64,000 nucleotides of DNA from Candidatus Daviesbacteria bacterium (GCA_028687915.1 JAQTZF010000001.1:674634-738633); one strand, 5' to 3'; counted from the stretch's first letter, positions 48,426 to 58,759 are shown. Numbers and translations are program-made. The notes: a model not told the origin generated them from the letters alone.

Positions 48426-48877
48426 ATTAAACTTTTAGATTTTTGGCTAATTATTAAACTGTTTGGAAACCAATTATCTAAAGACTTTGTTTTATTTGAA
48501 ATTTTAGTTATATCCATTTTTGTATTATCAATTGGGGAAGTCCAGAGCATAAATAATTGTCCAAAGATTGATTTTTTAAGTACTTTTCTATATTTAGGAT
48601 TTAATCTATTCATCTAATTCCTGCTTTTAATTAGATGCTCAGTTGTAGGGTAGGTCTGAGAATTTATAGTTTGGTTAATAAATTATTATTGGTCCTCCAC
48701 CTTATTCCCTGCATTCCTAGTATCTTACTAGGTTTTTCCTACCCCCAACCTGAGCAACCTATTTATAAACTATATTAGAATTATCAACAGTAAAATATAT
48801 TACAAATTAAAAGTAGGATGTATTACAGATCTATAAGGTCTAAAAGTTTAAACTAACAAAAGACTCAAAAAATGCTC

Positions 48878-48907
48878 TTGACATAAATAGATTAACGATG
48901 CTATATT
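48878..48907 (+). promoter_or_regulatory. Candidate sigma70-type promoter (TTGACA, 18 nt, TATATT) for the 48936 gene
   Basis: Read directly. Confidence 0.35.
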
Positions 48908-48935
48908 TGCAAAATCTGCCCTATAACCCTATAGA

Positions 48936-50003
48936 ATGAGCTTAGAAGATAAATCAGCAGTAAATACAAGTGTTGCAGATCCCCTGGTTTTAGAGAGAGA
49001 AAAAACGAATCGACTATTGACTGAATTTAAAGCAATTGCTCCTAAAAGATTTGCTTCACAACATTATCACTATAATTCACCAACACTTTTAGATAAAATA
49101 GGAAGTTATCATCCCGGACAGTCAGCATATTTATTTATCACGTCGCTTAGTAGTTTATTAACAGGAAATGAAAGTGGACACATAAATGTTAATTTAGAAA
49201 AAGACAACTACGGTAGAGATAATTTAAGGATAGGTTGGCCAGCCCCTTTAACTTTAGGTGTCAGTATTGGTTCGAGAGATTCAGCGGAAACCAGATTAGA
49301 TGTTAGACCTTTTTCTTACTCACCTCATCCTAGTAATATGGCATATGTTTATCAAGGAGATCCTTTACCGGTAGAATTGATTCATCAAGTGTATTCAAAT
49401 GCAGTTTTAGGCTTAGTAACAGAGGATTTAAGCGAAAATCATGTTCGTTGGGGGGAAGAACTTTGTAAGAAGCGTGATAATAATTTAAAAGGAATGCGCG
49501 ATCTTGTTGGAGAGGAAAGATCATGGGTAATAGACAGAAGTATTAAAGCGCTCTCAGAAGTGGCTGGAGACCAGGAGTTTTTGGTCTGTGTCCCTGATAT
49601 TAACCAAAGAGGAGAAGCTTTACAAAAACCAGTTTTATATACAACAGCCTCTATAACTGAGGAATTGGCAAATAAGTTTTCCCGGTTAGAGGGGTTTGGT
49701 ACATATTATCCAACTGAATATAGATCTGCAAACGATCCCAATTCCAGACCATTAATGGTTGTAAGATATTATCGGGACTTAGAAGTTGAGATAATAGGTG
49801 TTAAGAAGCCTTATAACCCTGACCAAGATCAGAGTTTAAGAAGTTCACTATATCACTTTATGAATGGTGATAGAAACGCTGTAACATTTACTATTTTTCC
49901 ACCTCATAATCATATGGGAGTTGAAACAGCCTTAGTTGCAGCAAACCCTCAAGTACCTGCTTTTAATGCTAAACAAAAGCTACTGGTGCGCCCAGAAAGA
50001 TAA
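48936..50003 (+). CDS. Hypothetical soluble protein (355 aa)
   Basis: ORF with the promoter above. No recognisable motifs. Confidence 0.35.
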   Translation: MSLEDKSAVNTSVADPLVLEREKTNRLLTEFKAIAPKRFASQHYHYNSPTLLDKIGSYHPGQSAYLFITSLSSLLTGNESGHINVNLEKDNYGRDNLRIGWPAPLTLGVSIGSRDSAETRLDVRPFSYSPHPSNMAYVYQGDPLPVELIHQVYSNAVLGLVTEDLSENHVRWGEELCKKRDNNLKGMRDLVGEERSWVIDRSIKALSEVAGDQEFLVCVPDINQRGEALQKPVLYTTASITEELANKFSRLEGFGTYYPTEYRSANDPNSRPLMVVRYYRDLEVEIIGVKKPYNPDQDQSLRSSLYHFMNGDRNAVTFTIFPPHNHMGVETALVAANPQVPAFNAKQKLLVRPER

Positions 50004-50006
50004 AAA

Positions 50007-50642
50007 TTAGCTTCTTGTTAAATTAGCAATAAGTGCAGGTAGTTTTGCTGTAGGATCAAATAGTAATTCAAAACGCAAAAGCCTTTGGGTTCTTTCAATA
50101 CCTTTCATTTTAGGAGAGGAATAAAGTTCTTTGATAAGTTTGTATAATCCCGGGTTTCTTGCTAATGAAAGTGTTTCTGCTGATAAAGCATTTGGATAAA
50201 GTCCAAATCCTCTAGCTAAATTAAGGACATAAGGTAAATGATAATCATTACTACAAACTCCAACTCTCAATCGACTGTAAGGTCCTAAAGCATCTGCTAA
50301 AGCAGCAATATTATCTCTTGTACTTTTAGATTTTTCTTCTAGCATTATTGCTTGTTCAGGAATTTTTGGGAGCTCATTACCCCATAAATAATGAGAAGAG
50401 GTAAGAAAATTTATGCCAACTTGTGCTTCTGATGGGCAATCACTGCCAAACGTTTGACCGCCGGAAAAAACTAATTTTTGAGTCCATCCTAACTCGTATG
50501 CTTTTACTCCAGCCATAATTCTCAACATTGAGTCAAAAGGTGGCATGTAATGGCCTTGTTTGCTTACTTCCATACCTGATCCGTGAATTACAACAAGATC
50601 AAGAGGATATTTTATATTTTTTTCCATATTATCCAGATTCAT
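50007..50642 (-). CDS. DUF218 (YdcF/SanA/ElyC-like) domain protein
   Basis: VVIHGSG ... KLVFSGGQT pattern. Confidence 0.4.
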   Translation of the reverse strand: MNLDNMEKNIKYPLDLVVIHGSGMEVSKQGHYMPPFDSMLRIMAGVKAYELGWTQKLVFSGGQTFGSDCPSEAQVGINFLTSSHYLWGNELPKIPEQAIMLEEKSKSTRDNIAALADALGPYSRLRVGVCSNDYHLPYVLNLARGFGLYPNALSAETLSLARNPGLYKLIKELYSSPKMKGIERTQRLLRFELLFDPTAKLPALIANLTRS

Positions 50643-50707
50643 ATTATTTAAAAAGTAGAAGTATTATAAAATATAGAAAATAATATTTCAAACTATGGGG
50701 TTATTTG

Positions 50708-50780
50708 TGCGCCCAGAGGGATTCGAACCCCCGACCTCGACGTTAGAACCGTCTTGCTCTATCCACTGAGCTATGGGCGC
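50708..50780 (-). tRNA. tRNA-Arg (anticodon UCU)
   Basis: GCGCCCA acceptor. D arm GCTC-AGTGGAT-AGAGC. Anticodon loop GTTCTAA. T arm GGGGG-TTCGAAT-CCCTC. Confidence 0.75.
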
Positions 50781-50824
50781 TTAGTGATTTATGTATTTTA
50801 TCAAATTTTGGGTGTAAGAACCAG

Positions 50825-51772
50825 CTATGAAGCAGAAAAGAATTCTATCGTTTTCTTAAGGCCTTCTTCTAGTTCTACTTGTGGTTCCCATCCAAGAAGG
50901 TTTTTAGCTTTGCTAATGTCTGGACATCTTTGTAATGGATCATCCTCAGGTAGTTTTTCCTTAATTTCCTTGGATGTTGCTTTAGTTAATTTAATTATTA
51001 AATCAGCTAATTCAAGGATAGTAAATTCATTTGGATTACCCAAGTTAATTACCTCTCCTTTAGTATTTTGCTTTTGCATTGCCAAAAATATTCCTTCAAT
51101 CAAGTCTGAAACATAACAAAAAGAGCGGGTTTGAGTCCCATTTCCAAAAATAGGTAAGGGTTGGTTTGCTATAGAGGCTTTGATAAATTCTGTAACCACT
51201 CTTCCATCATCAAGAGCCATGTTAGGTCCATACGTATTAAATATTCTGATAATTCTTCCATCCAGGCTTTTTGATCTGATATAGGCTGAAGTAATTGTTT
51301 CCCCAAACCTTTTTGCTTCATCATAAACAGCTCTGGGGCCTGTAGTAGATACATTTCCTCTGTAACTTTCCTTTTGAGGGTGTTCCAAAGGGTCGCCATA
51401 TATTTCTGAGGTAGAAGCAAATAAAAACTTTGCCTTATTAATTGAGGCTAATTCTGCTAAATTCCAGGTGCCAACTGTATTTGCCTGCATTGTTTCAAAA
51501 GCCAAGGCATGATAACTTTTTGGGCTGTGAATATTAGGAGAAGCAGGGGAGGCTAAATGATAAATTTCATCGGCAGTCATTTCTTCTGGTAATTTATTAG
51601 AAATATCATATCTTAGGAATCTAAATTTAGGATTATCTTCTAAATGAGTAATATTTAAGCCTGTGCTGGTTATTAAATTATCTATACACAAAACCTCATA
51701 ACCTTTATTTAATAAATATTCACAAAGATGTGATCCTAAAAATCCTGTTCCACCAGCAACAATTGCTTTCAT
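50825..51772 (-). CDS. NAD-dependent epimerase/dehydratase, UDP-glucuronate decarboxylase (UXS)-like
   Basis: GGTGFLGSH Rossmann motif and YDEAK catalytic YxxxK. Confidence 0.75.
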   Translation of the reverse strand: MKAIVAGGTGFLGSHLCEYLLNKGYEVLCIDNLITSTGLNITHLEDNPKFRFLRYDISNKLPEEMTADEIYHLASPASPNIHSPKSYHALAFETMQANTVGTWNLAELASINKAKFLFASTSEIYGDPLEHPQKESYRGNVSTTGPRAVYDEAKRFGETITSAYIRSKSLDGRIIRIFNTYGPNMALDDGRVVTEFIKASIANQPLPIFGNGTQTRSFCYVSDLIEGIFLAMQKQNTKGEVINLGNPNEFTILELADLIIKLTKATSKEIKEKLPEDDPLQRCPDISKAKNLLGWEPQVELEEGLKKTIEFFSAS

Positions 51773-52173
51773 ATTAGGTTTTCCCTTATTTTTTCTGCAT
51801 TTTCCTTTAGCTCTTCTTTTGAAGTATCTGGTTTTTGTCTTTCAAAAGTAAGATCTTTTTCATCATTCATGGGTATTAAATGAACATGAACATGAGGAAC
51901 ACCAGATCCGGAAATCATAACTCCAATTCTTCCAAGTTTAGGGTTAAAAGCTTTTTTTATAGCTTTAGCAATAGGTTTACAAACAACCATTATTTCTCCT
52001 AATATTTTATCATCCATATCAAAAAAGTAATCAATGTGTTGCTTTGGGATAACAAGTGTGTGTCCTGGATTAATAGGGGCAATGCTTAAAAAGGCTAAAA
52101 AGTTTTCATTTTCCCAAACTTTTTCTGCTGGAACCTCACCTTTAATTATTTTATCAAAAATACAATCATCCAT
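51769..52173 (-). CDS. HIT-family (histidine triad) hydrolase
   Basis: HVHVHLIP triad motif. Confidence 0.75.
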   Translation of the reverse strand: MDDCIFDKIIKGEVPAEKVWENENFLAFLSIAPINPGHTLVIPKQHIDYFFDMDDKILGEIMVVCKPIAKAIKKAFNPKLGRIGVMISGSGVPHVHVHLIPMNDEKDLTFERQKPDTSKEELKENAEKIRENLI

Positions 52174-52246
52174 TGATCTAAATATAACAAATAAGTGCTT
52201 TTTATGAAACCTTTAGTTTAAACTTAAAGATTAAACTAATTAAGGC

Positions 52247-52282
52247 CTATAGTTGATAAAGTGTGTATTATTTGTTATACTT
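52247..52282 (+). promoter_or_regulatory. Promoter: CTATAG, then -35 TTGATA, 17-nt spacer, -10 TATACT
   Basis: Read directly. ATG 52297 lies 14 nt downstream. Confidence 0.4.
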
Positions 52283-52296
52283 ATGAGGCTATTTTT

Positions 52297-52878
52297 ATGA
52301 AAGAAATTGATCGTAGGACAGCATTAAAGATTTGTGGTGCATTTGCTGCCGGTGTAGTAACCGGAAGTATTTCTCCGGATATTAGTATCAGGATAAATAA
52401 ACAGGTAGGTACAGTTACCGGTCTTCCTGTAGGGAATGCTGGAATTTTAAGACAAGTCGAGGAGGCCTGTAAGGATTACCCTGACCAAGATAATTGTATA
52501 CAAAACATACAATTATCTCCTGTATCTAAGGTATTAGGTGTTTCACTCAATCCTTTTGCTGAAGAAGTTGCATTTCGTGCTACGCCATCTATTGTCCTAT
52601 CTGTAGTAGAAGGTAATACAGATCAGCTGGGAGCTGATATATTATGCGGCTTAAATGATGGGTATGGTCTGTCTAGACGCGAATTTATTACGGGGGCTAT
52701 TTCTTCTTTACTCTTTGGTACTAGTCATAATATTACAAACAATGGTATTGATTTAAAAACTATACCCGCCTCTCAAACTGTTTGCGGATTTGCGTATTGG
52801 TATTTACAAAGAAAATTTGGTTTAGTTTCTAATACAATTGCACACGCATTACATAACTTCAATGTAATTTATAGGTAA
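52297..52878 (+). CDS. CPBP-family (CAAX/Abi) intramembrane glutamic protease
   Basis: Motifs EEVAFR, FGTSH and HALHN. Start placed at ATG 52297 downstream of the promoter; the ORF track starts at GTG 52261. Confidence 0.55.
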   Translation: MKEIDRRTALKICGAFAAGVVTGSISPDISIRINKQVGTVTGLPVGNAGILRQVEEACKDYPDQDNCIQNIQLSPVSKVLGVSLNPFAEEVAFRATPSIVLSVVEGNTDQLGADILCGLNDGYGLSRREFITGAISSLLFGTSHNITNNGIDLKTIPASQTVCGFAYWYLQRKFGLVSNTIAHALHNFNVIYR

Positions 52879-52894
52879 AAGTTTAATTAATTTT

Positions 52895-52978
52895 GTCGGG
52901 GTGACAGGAATGAGCCTTCGTAAACTCGTCTCCTTTTGCAATGCAAAAGTAAGTAAGCTTGCAAAAGTTGAACCTGCT
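52895..52978 (-). repeat. Partial copy of the tRNA-Pro 3-prime half (acceptor plus T arm) split by a 55-nt insert with an 8-bp palindrome
   Basis: gtcggggtgacaggaat (52895..52911) equals 53064..53080. ttgaacctgct (52967..52978) equals 53080..53090. The insert carries cttttgca-a-tgcaaaag. Confidence 0.6.
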
Positions 52979-53064
52979 TCACCACTGTGTGGAGCGCATA
53001 GTTAATTCCTAAAATCACTCGTTTGATTTGAAAACCAGACATAAATGTCTGAACTTCAAATCAG

Positions 53065-53136
53065 TCGGGGTGACAGGAATTGAACCTGCTACATCTGCGT
53101 CCCAAACGCAGCGTTCTACCGATGAACTACACCCCG
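53065..53136 (-). tRNA. tRNA-Pro (anticodon UGG)
   Basis: CGGGGTG acceptor. Anticodon stem CTGCG/CGCAG with loop TTTGGGA. T arm GCAGG-TTCAATT-CCTGT. Confidence 0.8.
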
Positions 53137-53187
53137 CTTTCGCTAAAGCTTCAGCGGGCAAACCCGTTAAACTGAATATTAGCTTGG

Positions 53188-53268
53188 TGCCGCGGGTGGG
53201 AGTCGAACCCACAAGACTTGCGCCATTGGATTTTAAGTCCAACGTGTATACCATTCCACCACCGCGGC
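53188..53268 (-). tRNA. tRNA-Leu (anticodon UAA), long variable arm
   Basis: GCCGCGG acceptor. Anticodon loop CTTAAAA. 13-nt variable arm. T arm GTGGG-TTCGACT-CCCAC. Confidence 0.8.
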
Positions 53269-53317
53269 ATACCTCGTATTGTACCAAAAACTGCTTCAAT
53301 GTTAAAATACGCAAATA

Positions 53318-54259
53318 ATGGATAAATTTAGTATAAATTTAAAGAAAATAAATACCACAACAATTTTATTTTTTAGCCTGGTAGTAATATTCATTTTTCT
53401 TGTGTCGCTTTGTATTAGTACTTTTAATTTTAATAAAACCAAGACTCCAGAAAATATTTCTAGGAACCAGGAAAAAACTCAAGAGCCAATAACAACAGAA
53501 TCTTCTGTTAAGGGTGCTTCAACTGAGGCCGCAAAACCAATAGTTACTCAAACTCAGGTATTTAGAACTGCATTATCTGGCAATGAGGTTAAAGTACCTG
53601 TGCTTTATTATCACTATATTGGCAATAATCCTGATCCTAAGGACACACAAAGAGATGCTCTCTCAGTTAATCCAGAACAATTTGCTGAACAAATGAAATA
53701 TCTAAAAGACAATGGTTTTACAACAATTTCTTACGATACTTTATACGCAGCACTAAAAAAACAGACTGTATTACCAACTAAGCCAATTATTTTAACTTTT
53801 GATGACGCCTATATTGATTTCTACTACAACGCTTATAATATTTTGCGCCAATATGGCTTATCAGCAACAGTTTTTGTTCCAACCGGACTTATTGGAAACC
53901 CTGCATATTTAACCTGGCCAATGATACAAGAAATGCATTCTTCCGGCTTGGTAAGTTTTGAAGCACACTCAGTTCACCATTACCATTTGGCTTCTCTTGC
54001 ACCGGATGTTGTTTTACAGGAATTACAACAGAGTAAAAAAGATCTACAGGATCACTTAGGTATAAATGTTAACTTTATGGCATATCCTTATGGTGAAACA
54101 AGTCCCTCTGTTGTTAGTTTAGTACAAAAAGCAGGATATATAGGAGCAATTGGAACCTGGTCAAATAAGATCCAATCAGAGGGAACTATTTATAATTCAC
54201 CAAGACTTAGGATAAGTGGATCAATAAACATTGCTTCTTTCGCGTCATTACTACAATAA
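53318..54259 (+). CDS. Polysaccharide deacetylase (NodB homology domain), N-terminal TM helix
   Basis: LTFDDAYIDFYYNAYNILRQYGLSATVFVPTG. Confidence 0.7.
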   Translation: MDKFSINLKKINTTTILFFSLVVIFIFLVSLCISTFNFNKTKTPENISRNQEKTQEPITTESSVKGASTEAAKPIVTQTQVFRTALSGNEVKVPVLYYHYIGNNPDPKDTQRDALSVNPEQFAEQMKYLKDNGFTTISYDTLYAALKKQTVLPTKPIILTFDDAYIDFYYNAYNILRQYGLSATVFVPTGLIGNPAYLTWPMIQEMHSSGLVSFEAHSVHHYHLASLAPDVVLQELQQSKKDLQDHLGINVNFMAYPYGETSPSVVSLVQKAGYIGAIGTWSNKIQSEGTIYNSPRLRISGSINIASFASLLQ

Positions 54260-54265
54260 TTAGTA

Positions 54266-55756
54266 GTGCATATTTTTAAGAACCATTTATTTTTAATTTC
54301 CTGCGTCTTACTGTTATTTTATTCCTTTTCAATTCTTTACAGATCTGATAGCTCCTTTGATCAGGATTTAGGAAGACATTTAAAAACAGGGGAGATAATT
54401 ATAAATAGTTTATCAGTTCCTTATATAAATCTGTTTTCATATACAAATGCTAATTTTCCTTTTATTAATCATCACTTTTTATTTGGAGTAATAATTTATC
54501 TTTGGAGTAAATTCTTTGATCTACAGTTATTTTTACACATAAAGATTCTTATTATTCTTACTGCTGTTCTGCTAACTTTTTTGAATACAAAAAGGACACA
54601 ATCTATTTTATTGCTGCCTTTGGGATATTTATTTTTACATGTTTTAAGAGAAAGAACAGATTTAAGACCAGAAATCTTTAGCTTCCTTTTTACCTCCGTC
54701 ACAGTCTGGGTTTTGGAGAGATTTTATAGTAATAAGAGTTCCAAGCTTATTTTTATCTTACCGATAATCCAATTTTTCTGGATTAATATACACATTTATT
54801 TTTTTGTAGGATTTCTATTGCAAGGTATTTATCTAATAGATCTCTTCTTAAGAAAAGAGGTTCAGAAATTTAAAGCACTTTTATTTATTTTTGTTGGCTC
54901 TTTAATACTTTGTTTAATAAACCCTAACACAATAAACGGGCTCTTATATCCTTTACAAATTTTTAGCAACTATGGATATTCAATTGCTGAAAATCAAAAC
55001 CTCTTTTTGCTTGAAAGATTAGGGTTTACAGATCCTAATTTTATTTTTGTAAAACTTTGTGTCTTACTAATCATATTTACTTTAATAATTTCTATACTTA
55101 AAAAACCTTACATAATAAAAAATAACTTAATATCTTTACAAGGAATATTTTTGGCATTAGTTAGTATCCGGGGATTTCCTTATATTTTCTATTTATCCTT
55201 TCCTTTTATTTTCTTAAGTTTAAACAATGCCGAAGTTAATAAAAAGTCTTTAGCGTTATTCATCTGCACGACATTTTTATTAATTATTGAATCAGCTTTT
55301 TACTTAAATGGTAGTTACTATAAAGAAAATAAAATTCCTGCAGAACCGAAATTAATTTTACAGGAAAATGGAAAAAAAGCTTTAGATTTTTTACTTCAAA
55401 ATGACTTGCCTCAGCCAATTTATAATAATTTTGATATTGGAAGTTATATAATCTATCGCGCTTACCCTAAATATAAAGTATTTGTAGATGGCAGGCCAGA
55501 AGCATACCCGGCAGATTTTTTTACTAATATATATATTCCCTCACAATCAGATTATTCATACTTTAAAGAATTAGATAATAAGTATAAATTTCAAACAGTT
55601 GTATTTTCAATCACAGATCAAACACCGTGGGGTAAGAGCTTTTTGAGAAGTATTATTAAGGATGATAGTTTTGCAACTGTATACTTGGACAATTTTATTA
55701 TTATTCTCATTAAAAGGGATCAGCTTCAAGCTGTGAAATTGGCGCCTATTCTTTAA
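54266..55756 (+). CDS. Large polytopic membrane protein (GT-C-like?)
   Basis: At least 10 TM helices. No firm motif. Confidence 0.3.
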   Translation: MHIFKNHLFLISCVLLLFYSFSILYRSDSSFDQDLGRHLKTGEIIINSLSVPYINLFSYTNANFPFINHHFLFGVIIYLWSKFFDLQLFLHIKILIILTAVLLTFLNTKRTQSILLLPLGYLFLHVLRERTDLRPEIFSFLFTSVTVWVLERFYSNKSSKLIFILPIIQFFWINIHIYFFVGFLLQGIYLIDLFLRKEVQKFKALLFIFVGSLILCLINPNTINGLLYPLQIFSNYGYSIAENQNLFLLERLGFTDPNFIFVKLCVLLIIFTLIISILKKPYIIKNNLISLQGIFLALVSIRGFPYIFYLSFPFIFLSLNNAEVNKKSLALFICTTFLLIIESAFYLNGSYYKENKIPAEPKLILQENGKKALDFLLQNDLPQPIYNNFDIGSYIIYRAYPKYKVFVDGRPEAYPADFFTNIYIPSQSDYSYFKELDNKYKFQTVVFSITDQTPWGKSFLRSIIKDDSFATVYLDNFIIILIKRDQLQAVKLAPIL

Positions 55757-57287
55757 TTAATCCTTTAAGTTTTGCGCTAACAGTAGCATTTTGTTTTTCA
55801 ATAATATCTATTTCATCCAAAGCCAGTGATGTTTTTCTTAATTGAATATAAAGGTAAGCTAGATTAATTCTTGAATTTAAATCTTGTTCGTTGTTTTGAA
55901 GAGCTTGTTTATATTCCAGGATAGCAAATTCAGGTTTTTGTAGATTTAAAAATAGTTCTGCCATCTTCTGATGATAAATTTTTGTATTAATAAAAATATA
56001 TGAAAATTGTTTAATCTCGTTATAATCCTTATAACCATAGTATGGTTCCAGCTGTTTACTTGTTAAGTTTTCAGTTAATAGAAATGCAGGACCATAATCA
56101 CCGGATAAACTTTGTTTCATGTTTAAGTACTGAAAGAAGGCTGTAATAAAAATAATTTTAGATAAGAAAAAGATTAAAAATATAATAACAATAGACGCCT
56201 TAAAAAAGTTACTTTTTTGAATAGAATAGATGTAATTAAAAGAGAGAGCATAAGAAACAGCAACTAACGGTAATAATATTACGTAATAATGCATGTAACC
56301 TGGTGTGCGTGAAACAAAATATAAAACAGGAATAATAACAAAAATTAAAAATAAATATATTTTGGATCTGTTGTTTTTAACATAAAATAAAAATGAAATG
56401 ATAAATGTAAAAACCTCGAGTAAAAATATATAGCCAATTGGCTTTATTAAAATATTATAATTTTGAAAATCTAAGTAATCTATACCCAATAAAAATTGAA
56501 AATCTAAACCATTTAATATCTGAAAAGGACGCAGGAAGTTTATAAAATCAAAAATACGATCTGCTTTTTGATATTGTAAAAAAGCTACACAATCACGGCA
56601 AAAGGGGAGTGATGAGAGTTGATAAATTAGATAAGGAAAAGCAAAAATAGATGCAAATATAAAGCCTCTAATTAATTTTGCTTTGGTAAAATTAATTTTA
56701 AATAGTATAAATATAAAAATTATTGATGTCATTAAAAAAGCACCGGAAGCATGAAGTTGTGTTAATAAAAAAAGTAAAAATGACAACAATGTTAACTTAT
56801 ATGCCTTTTTGTTTTCCACTGATTTTATTAAAAAATAAAAAATAGGTATTGCAAAAAACAGAATTAGATCTTGTGCCCAAATTTTTCTGGAAAATATTAT
56901 GGCCCAGGGGGAGACAGCTAAAGTTATTGCAGAAACAAAAGCCACGCTTGTCCCAAATACTCTTTTAATCAATATGTAAAAAAGAATAATTACTCCAACA
57001 TTAATTAAGGCAATTAGAAAAGTCATATAAAGAGGATTGCGTGAAAAAAGTCCTATTAATATTAAAAGGTAGCTAAATAGAGGAAAATTATACATTCCGG
57101 TGCTGGCCATAATTCCTTTTTGAGGGAGAGTACCGTCAATAAAGAAAAGATTAGTCTGGTAAAAACTTAGTGCTTCATCGTATTTAAACTCAATTAAGTT
57201 AATATTTGTTAACCTAAAAAGGGACGCCAGCATAAAGACCAAAAAGATTTGTACATAAGTATTTCTAAAAATTTTGATTATCTTCAT
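55746..57287 (-). CDS. GT-C fold glycosyltransferase (ArnT/PMT-like) with C-terminal TPR repeats
   Basis: Polytopic N-terminus with a YDEA loop motif. TPR-like C-terminus. Confidence 0.4.
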   Translation of the reverse strand: MKIIKIFRNTYVQIFLVFMLASLFRLTNINLIEFKYDEALSFYQTNLFFIDGTLPQKGIMASTGMYNFPLFSYLLILIGLFSRNPLYMTFLIALINVGVIILFYILIKRVFGTSVAFVSAITLAVSPWAIIFSRKIWAQDLILFFAIPIFYFLIKSVENKKAYKLTLLSFLLFLLTQLHASGAFLMTSIIFIFILFKINFTKAKLIRGFIFASIFAFPYLIYQLSSLPFCRDCVAFLQYQKADRIFDFINFLRPFQILNGLDFQFLLGIDYLDFQNYNILIKPIGYIFLLEVFTFIISFLFYVKNNRSKIYLFLIFVIIPVLYFVSRTPGYMHYYVILLPLVAVSYALSFNYIYSIQKSNFFKASIVIIFLIFFLSKIIFITAFFQYLNMKQSLSGDYGPAFLLTENLTSKQLEPYYGYKDYNEIKQFSYIFINTKIYHQKMAELFLNLQKPEFAILEYKQALQNNEQDLNSRINLAYLYIQLRKTSLALDEIDIIEKQNATVSAKLKGLIKE

Positions 57288-58759
57288 GGGTTTACCCTTT
57301 GGTCTTTTGGTTTTAGTTTTACAACAAGCGACTGATATTGACCAGCTTGTCCAACTTTCTTTGTTTCTAAAGTGTTTAGTTTTAAGTAATCCATTACCAA
57401 TGTACCGTAATAGTTATTGCCGTAAGGACCATTGTATATAATGTATTCTGACTCATTTAACTCTTTTAGATAATCATTTCTGTCGACATATGATTGAGGA
57501 AACCGGTTAACTATATTTTTTCTATTAACAAAAGCATAATAAGGATCCGGAATAGCTGATGTAAAAACAGTTCCGTGATCCGGAATAAACTCCTGAATTT
57601 CCTTAATATACTGCTCATAAGAATATTTATCCCCACCTTCCTGAATTAAAATATTCATATGAAATATTAAGTTGGATAAGAAAATTAACAAACATATAAA
57701 AATCAAACCAATAAATTTATATTTAGCAATATCTGTCTTGAGGTAATGCCATTGTTTGTAGTAATTATCAGCCAAAATTAAAAATGAAAGATAAACAAAA
57801 GGTACTATATAAACTGCATACCAGAAGTCTTTATTAAAAAGTAAAACTATCCAGGATAAGGTTAATGATAGGCCCAAAGTAAATAATTGAATACTCTTTT
57901 TGCGATTTAAATAAAGTAGAAATATTATTGAAATAATTAAAAATGAAAAATATATAGTTTTTAATTCAATCGGTTTACTGGTGAAAACAGTAAAAAGCCA
58001 GGAGTCTTGTGCATTTGAGACTTCAATCCTTTTAATGATACTACTAAGTGTTGGTAGTATTCGCAAAATAATTATGCCTGCAAAAATGCTTATAATCCCG
58101 GTAACTGAAGCAATTATTTTTTGGTCGCTTTTTCTTATATCTTTAAATACAAAAGCTGTAATAATAACCTCTGTGACTAAATAGATAAACCCATTAGGAT
58201 GAAACAATAAGGCTAAAATAGCAAACACAAAACTTAGAATAAGCAAAATTAATTTTTCAAAAGAATCAGAAATATATTTAAATAATAAGAAAATTGAAAC
58301 TAATCCGAATAATAAGGTAAAAATTTCTGGTCTTCCAACTCTCATGGACTGAAGAAAAGTAAAGTCAGTAATTAATAAAGCAATTGGTAAGACTGCTAAG
58401 TTAGTTTCGAACTTAAAATCTCTGGTGGTTTTTAAAACAAACATTAAAAATACAACTATAAAAGCAAACCCTGCAAAAGCAGATAAAAGTCTTTGAACTT
58501 CAATAGATATACCCGTAATACTGAATATAGAACTAAGTAAGGGCGGATAAAAGGAGGGGTATTGCCGAAAACCTTCCTGAAAGTTTACGCTAAAAATAGA
58601 TGATATTTGAACTAAAGAAGCCTCGTCTGGCCAAACAGGAGGCTCTTTTAAAAAAAGGTCAAAAGTAATTACAATTAACAAAAAAATAGAGAGGGCTAAT
58701 ATAATTATTTTCATTGATATATCATATACTAAAGCTACCAAAGCGGAATAGCATGACAA
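57284..58759 (-). CDS. GT-C fold glycosyltransferase (ArnT/PMT-like)
   Basis: Polytopic, with WPDEAS first-loop DE motif. Confidence 0.4.
   Translation of the reverse strand: MSCYSALVALVYDISMKIIILALSIFLLIVITFDLFLKEPPVWPDEASLVQISSIFSVNFQEGFRQYPSFYPPLLSSIFSITGISIEVQRLLSAFAGFAFIVVFLMFVLKTTRDFKFETNLAVLPIALLITDFTFLQSMRVGRPEIFTLLFGLVSIFLLFKYISDSFEKLILLILSFVFAILALLFHPNGFIYLVTEVIITAFVFKDIRKSDQKIIASVTGIISIFAGIIILRILPTLSSIIKRIEVSNAQDSWLFTVFTSKPIELKTIYFSFLIISIIFLLYLNRKKSIQLFTLGLSLTLSWIVLLFNKDFWYAVYIVPFVYLSFLILADNYYKQWHYLKTDIAKYKFIGLIFICLLIFLSNLIFHMNILIQEGGDKYSYEQYIKEIQEFIPDHGTVFTSAIPDPYYAFVNRKNIVNRFPQSYVDRNDYLKELNESEYIIYNGPYGNNYYGTLVMDYLKLNTLETKKVGQAGQYQSLVVKLKPKDQRVNP

Noticed and set aside
48422-48613. 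ORF 48422..48613 (-), 63 aa, downstream of the nitroreductase
   Set aside because: Lys/Ser-rich low-complexity translation in an AT-rich spacer, with no promoter or coupling signal, so it is likely non-coding.
53015-53318. ORFs 53015..53314 (-) and 53028..53318 (+) of about 96-99 aa
   Set aside because: They lie entirely over tRNA-Pro, tRNA-Leu and the tRNA-Pro fragment. The translations are the typical GC-rich tRNA read-through (GVEPTRL, GFEPAT), so they are spurious.
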